64,000 nt of DNA from Phoronis australis (lineage: Eukaryota; Animalia; Phoronida), in assembly GCA_002633005.1 (NCBI GenBank), contig NMRA01000488.1, positions 98,194 to 162,193 on the forward strand, given 5' to 3'. Both the position numbers and the translations under genes were made by a program. Shown in pieces: positions 62,001-64,000 of the stretch. The notes under the pieces were generated by a model. That model had not been told where the DNA came from and did no database searches. It was given only the letters and a program-made list of their open reading frames with translations. Within the stretch, counting starts at the first letter, position 1; each line of letters begins with the position of its first letter.

Positions 62001-63349
62001 TATCCTCAGCTTTAAATATGCGAGACAAGTTTTAAAAATTTCTAATCCTAAATCAACTTGTCAATGCAGGGCCTCCACTCACCTGAGGAGAAAAGTGCCT
62101 GTACCTTCTAAGAGGGTAATTTTTTGGTTTAGTTGGAAAATGAGCAGTTGCCACACCTCACCAGCAATGCCTCAAATAACCAAAACTAACGTTTTTGCAG
62201 GAGTAATTTTAATCTTGAGAGGAAGTTTTTAATCACTGCAGGGGAATTTTAAGGCATGAGGAGACAAATTTCATGTCATCATTTTTGAAATATTTTTCAT
62301 AGGGGAATGTGACTGATATTTAGCCCCTAAACTGAATTTTCAATTGTCATGTAAAATACGTTTTTCAATAGTACCTTGGGGTCAAGTAGATAGTTGTAAG
62401 GCATGAATAGGATGTCTGCTTCTTGTTTGGTCTCCTTAGCCATGTAGTATGGGCATACACTGAAATAAGAAGCAATGTCAAGACACAGTCAAAGGTGGAT
62501 TTGCATGCGAGTCAGGGTGTTAAGCTCCAATTTTCACCATTAAAGCTGCATTTCTGCCAGTTTATCTTACTGTCTAACAAAACAAAAATTAAATTATGCC
62601 TTTCACTCAAATTGGTCTCTAGTAATATTCCTTGTCATCATAGTCCTAGTCAATAGTTCTTAATGCTCCGACCTTGAAAATCCGACAATTTCAGAAATTA
62701 AAATCGTGTCAAAAAGACAGAGTAAAACAGACAAAGGACGGTAACGTGCCACTGCCAAAATTATGTTGGTTATTAATGAAAATAGACCATTTTATCTTGT
62801 CCATTAATGATGAAGGGAGATACGCCAACTCAGTTGATCATTAGGCCAAAAGAGCATAGTTGGTCCTAGTCTCAACCCATGTTCACTGATTAAAAAAGCC
62901 AGACAGCAGCTATATCAGCAGTACAAAGACAGGTAAGCAAGGTTAGACATGCCAGGTGATGAGTAAAACTTAAATGTTGGATTAGTTCTCGACTGTTGCT
63001 ACTCTTACCGATGTTTTTCACCAATCTTAACCAAATCTTCAATGTCCACCACATTGGGTAGAAAGCTGCCACCAGTTTTCTTGGCTGGAAAAAAAATGAA
63101 TTGCGACATTTAATGAAGTGCAAGAAGGTTTGCGTATGGCATCAGTAAGGCTAAATAAGAGTTTTTCATTTCGTAGGCACTTGAAAGTTCACCAAAACTG
63201 TATTACCATCGAGATTATTGTAGTACCGGCACGTGCGGCTGTTGACCTTGGCTCGACACAGATTGACCTTGACACTGTTACTTGTTTCCTGGGAGACCTT
63301 CTCATGGATACACAGTTGATCACGTGATCCCAACACGCCCACTTTGACA
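43962..63349 (-). CDS. RTEL1: Regulator of telomere elongation helicase 1 (5'-partial, 26 exons in window, ~1064 aa)
   Basis: Exons 63349-63207, 63084-63009, 62459-62375, 61564-61499, 61129-60979, 60783-60742, 60327-60249, 59001-58842, 57948-57874, 56950-56730, 56401-56288, 55787-55661, 54910-54833, 54104-54027, 53294-53157, 52512-52397, 51735-51612, 51272-51119, 49920-49811, 48616-48545, 48029-47846, 46768-46631, 46100-45696, 45448-45380, 44610-44498 and 44039-43962 are all phase-consistent. Motifs: Fe-S cysteines, [46 protein letters not shown], a harmonin-like domain and a RING. Confidence 0.95.
44498..44610 (-). CDS. RTEL1: RTEL1 RING exon
   Basis: YDCAVC...[16 protein letters not shown]|GTGAGT. 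Confidence 0.85.
45696..46100 (-). CDS. RTEL1: RTEL1 C-terminal linker exon
   Basis: cttgcag| ... G|GTAAGC, 405 nt, phase 1/1. Confidence 0.75.
46631..46768 (-). CDS. RTEL1: RTEL1 harmonin-like domain, second part
   Basis: [32 protein letters not shown] resembles vertebrate RTEL1 FYQFVRPHHK...TGRGCGYRPEH. Confidence 0.9.
47426..47672. mobile_element. Tc1/mariner-type MITE in an RTEL1 intron
   Basis: ~30-bp TIR CGGTAAAATCTCACCAATTTCGGACA / TGTCCTAAATTGGTGAGATGTTACCG with TA flanks. Confidence 0.8.
47846..48029 (-). CDS. RTEL1: RTEL1 harmonin-like domain, first part
   Basis: [26 protein letters not shown]...[19 protein letters not shown]. Confidence 0.9.
52108..52410. repeat. 34-bp minisatellite (~8 copies) derived from an RTEL1 exon/donor junction
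   Basis: Unit CTGAGAGAAGTGAAGCTTACCTAGTATCACACAG. The last copy overlaps the real donor at 52396. Confidence 0.9.
52397..52512 (-). CDS. RTEL1: RTEL1 helicase motif VI exon
   Basis: [33 protein letters not shown]. Confidence 0.95.
53157..53294 (-). CDS. RTEL1: RTEL1 helicase motif V exon
   Basis: [24 protein letters not shown]. Confidence 0.95.
55661..55787 (-). CDS. RTEL1: RTEL1 helicase motif IV exon
   Basis: [24 protein letters not shown]. Confidence 0.95.
56730..56950 (-). CDS. RTEL1: RTEL1 helicase motif III exon
   Basis: [12 protein letters not shown]...[11 protein letters not shown]. Confidence 0.95.
56958..57064. repeat. 36-bp tandem repeat x3 abutting an RTEL1 splice acceptor
   Basis: GTACAACACAACATGGGTGTTGTTCACATGTGAAAT and two diverged copies. 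Confidence 0.8.
58842..59001 (-). CDS. RTEL1: RTEL1 exon ending at a GC donor
   Basis: [13 protein letters not shown]...[10 protein letters not shown]|GCAGGT. Confidence 0.85.
59527..59760. repeat. Dispersed fold-back repeat shared with 42218..42355
   Basis: See 42218..42355. Confidence 0.6.
61499..61564 (-). CDS. RTEL1: RTEL1 DEAH (motif II) exon
   Basis: [22 protein letters not shown]. Confidence 0.95.
62375..62459 (-). CDS. RTEL1: RTEL1 exon with the 4th Fe-S Cys
   Basis: [28 protein letters not shown]. Confidence 0.95.
63207..63349 (-). CDS. RTEL1: RTEL1 Fe-S cluster exon
   Basis: [14 protein letters not shown]...[18 protein letters not shown]. Confidence 0.95.
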
Positions 63350-63528
63350 CTGTAAACAAAGTATCAAATATGACCATTTCCACTACAGCAGAATGGGTGA
63401 ACTACGAACACGATGGGCCAAGCAACTCAGCACAGTCCATACACAGACATGCAAGCATGAATTGTCTGGTCTACTAAACAACGCTAGCAGGGAAAATATT
63501 GATTGAAACTGGAGGATTAATGATGACG

Positions 63529-63654
63529 AGTCACATGAGGTCGACTCCTACTAATTCATTGTGCCTGACCAGTCACACGAAGTCGATTCCTACAAACTCC
63601 TTGTGCCTGACCAGTCACATGAGGTTGATTCTTACTAACTCCTTGTGCCTAACC
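63529..63654. repeat. 42-bp tandem repeat x3
   Basis: AGTCACATGAGGTCGACTCCTACTAATTCATTGTGCCTGACC and two variants. Confidence 0.85.
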
Positions 63655-63835
63655 AGGTCTACTGTTTCATGAACCCTCTTGAGGGAAAGCAAGATGCCAT
63701 TTCTACTAGACATACGTACTCTTGTGGATAAGCCACGGCAAAAAATTTATAGTCCTACAATTTTGTGAAGGTCATGTGCGTGAATGTTAGCATGAAAGTA
63801 GAAAAAAGCAATGCTTCAGCAATATATTAAACAGG

Positions 63836-63863
63836 GTGTGTGTGNNNTGTGTGTGTGTGTGTG
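63836..63863. repeat. (TG)n microsatellite with nn gap
   Basis: Direct reading of the sequence. Confidence 0.9.
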
Positions 63864-64000
63864 CTGTTTTAAGGCATCAATCTACTTTTCAGACAGGATT
63901 TTGTTTGCCACTGAGTCCTTTCCTACACTGCTTTTTTTAAAGACAATTTTTTGTAAATTGGGCTGTGTATTCTGATTGTAAGTAGTATTTTTCTAAGAAC

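Noticed and set aside
43962-63349. FANCJ/BRIP1, DDX11 or XPD identity
   Set aside because: YWCFS, the KASHV motif, the harmonin-like domain with TGxGCGxxPEH and the C-terminal RING point to RTEL1.

Overview
This is AT-rich, intron-rich animal genomic DNA, probably from an invertebrate (taxon not determinable). Most ORFs in the supplied track are spurious or are single exons. Three spliced genes can be reconstructed by hand. (1) A minus-strand gene with a Pro/Ser-rich first coding exon (ATG 7757). It carries an LD-like motif, probably starts near 26.05 kb and runs off the left edge. (2) A divergently transcribed plus-strand gene (CDS 33571..40248, 7 coding exons, about 782 aa). It encodes an N-terminal PARP14/NMI-type RRM, an unassigned middle of about 380 aa and a C-terminal subtilisin (S8A) domain with no signal peptide. 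Its catalytic His is Gln and its catalytic Ser is Ala, although the frame is fully intact, so it looks like an intracellular RRM-pseudoprotease. This is the best novelty candidate. (3) RTEL1 on the minus strand, convergent with gene 2. It has 26 exons in the window (43962..63349) and its 5' end lies outside. Notable features are a GC-AG intron, an intronic 34-bp minisatellite built from duplicated splice donors, one harmonin-like domain and a canonical C3HC4 RING. The rest is MITEs, a Helentron/HINE-like element, a tRNA-derived SINE, minisatellites and a ~1.65-kb tandem duplication joined at an N (probably an uncollapsed haplotype).
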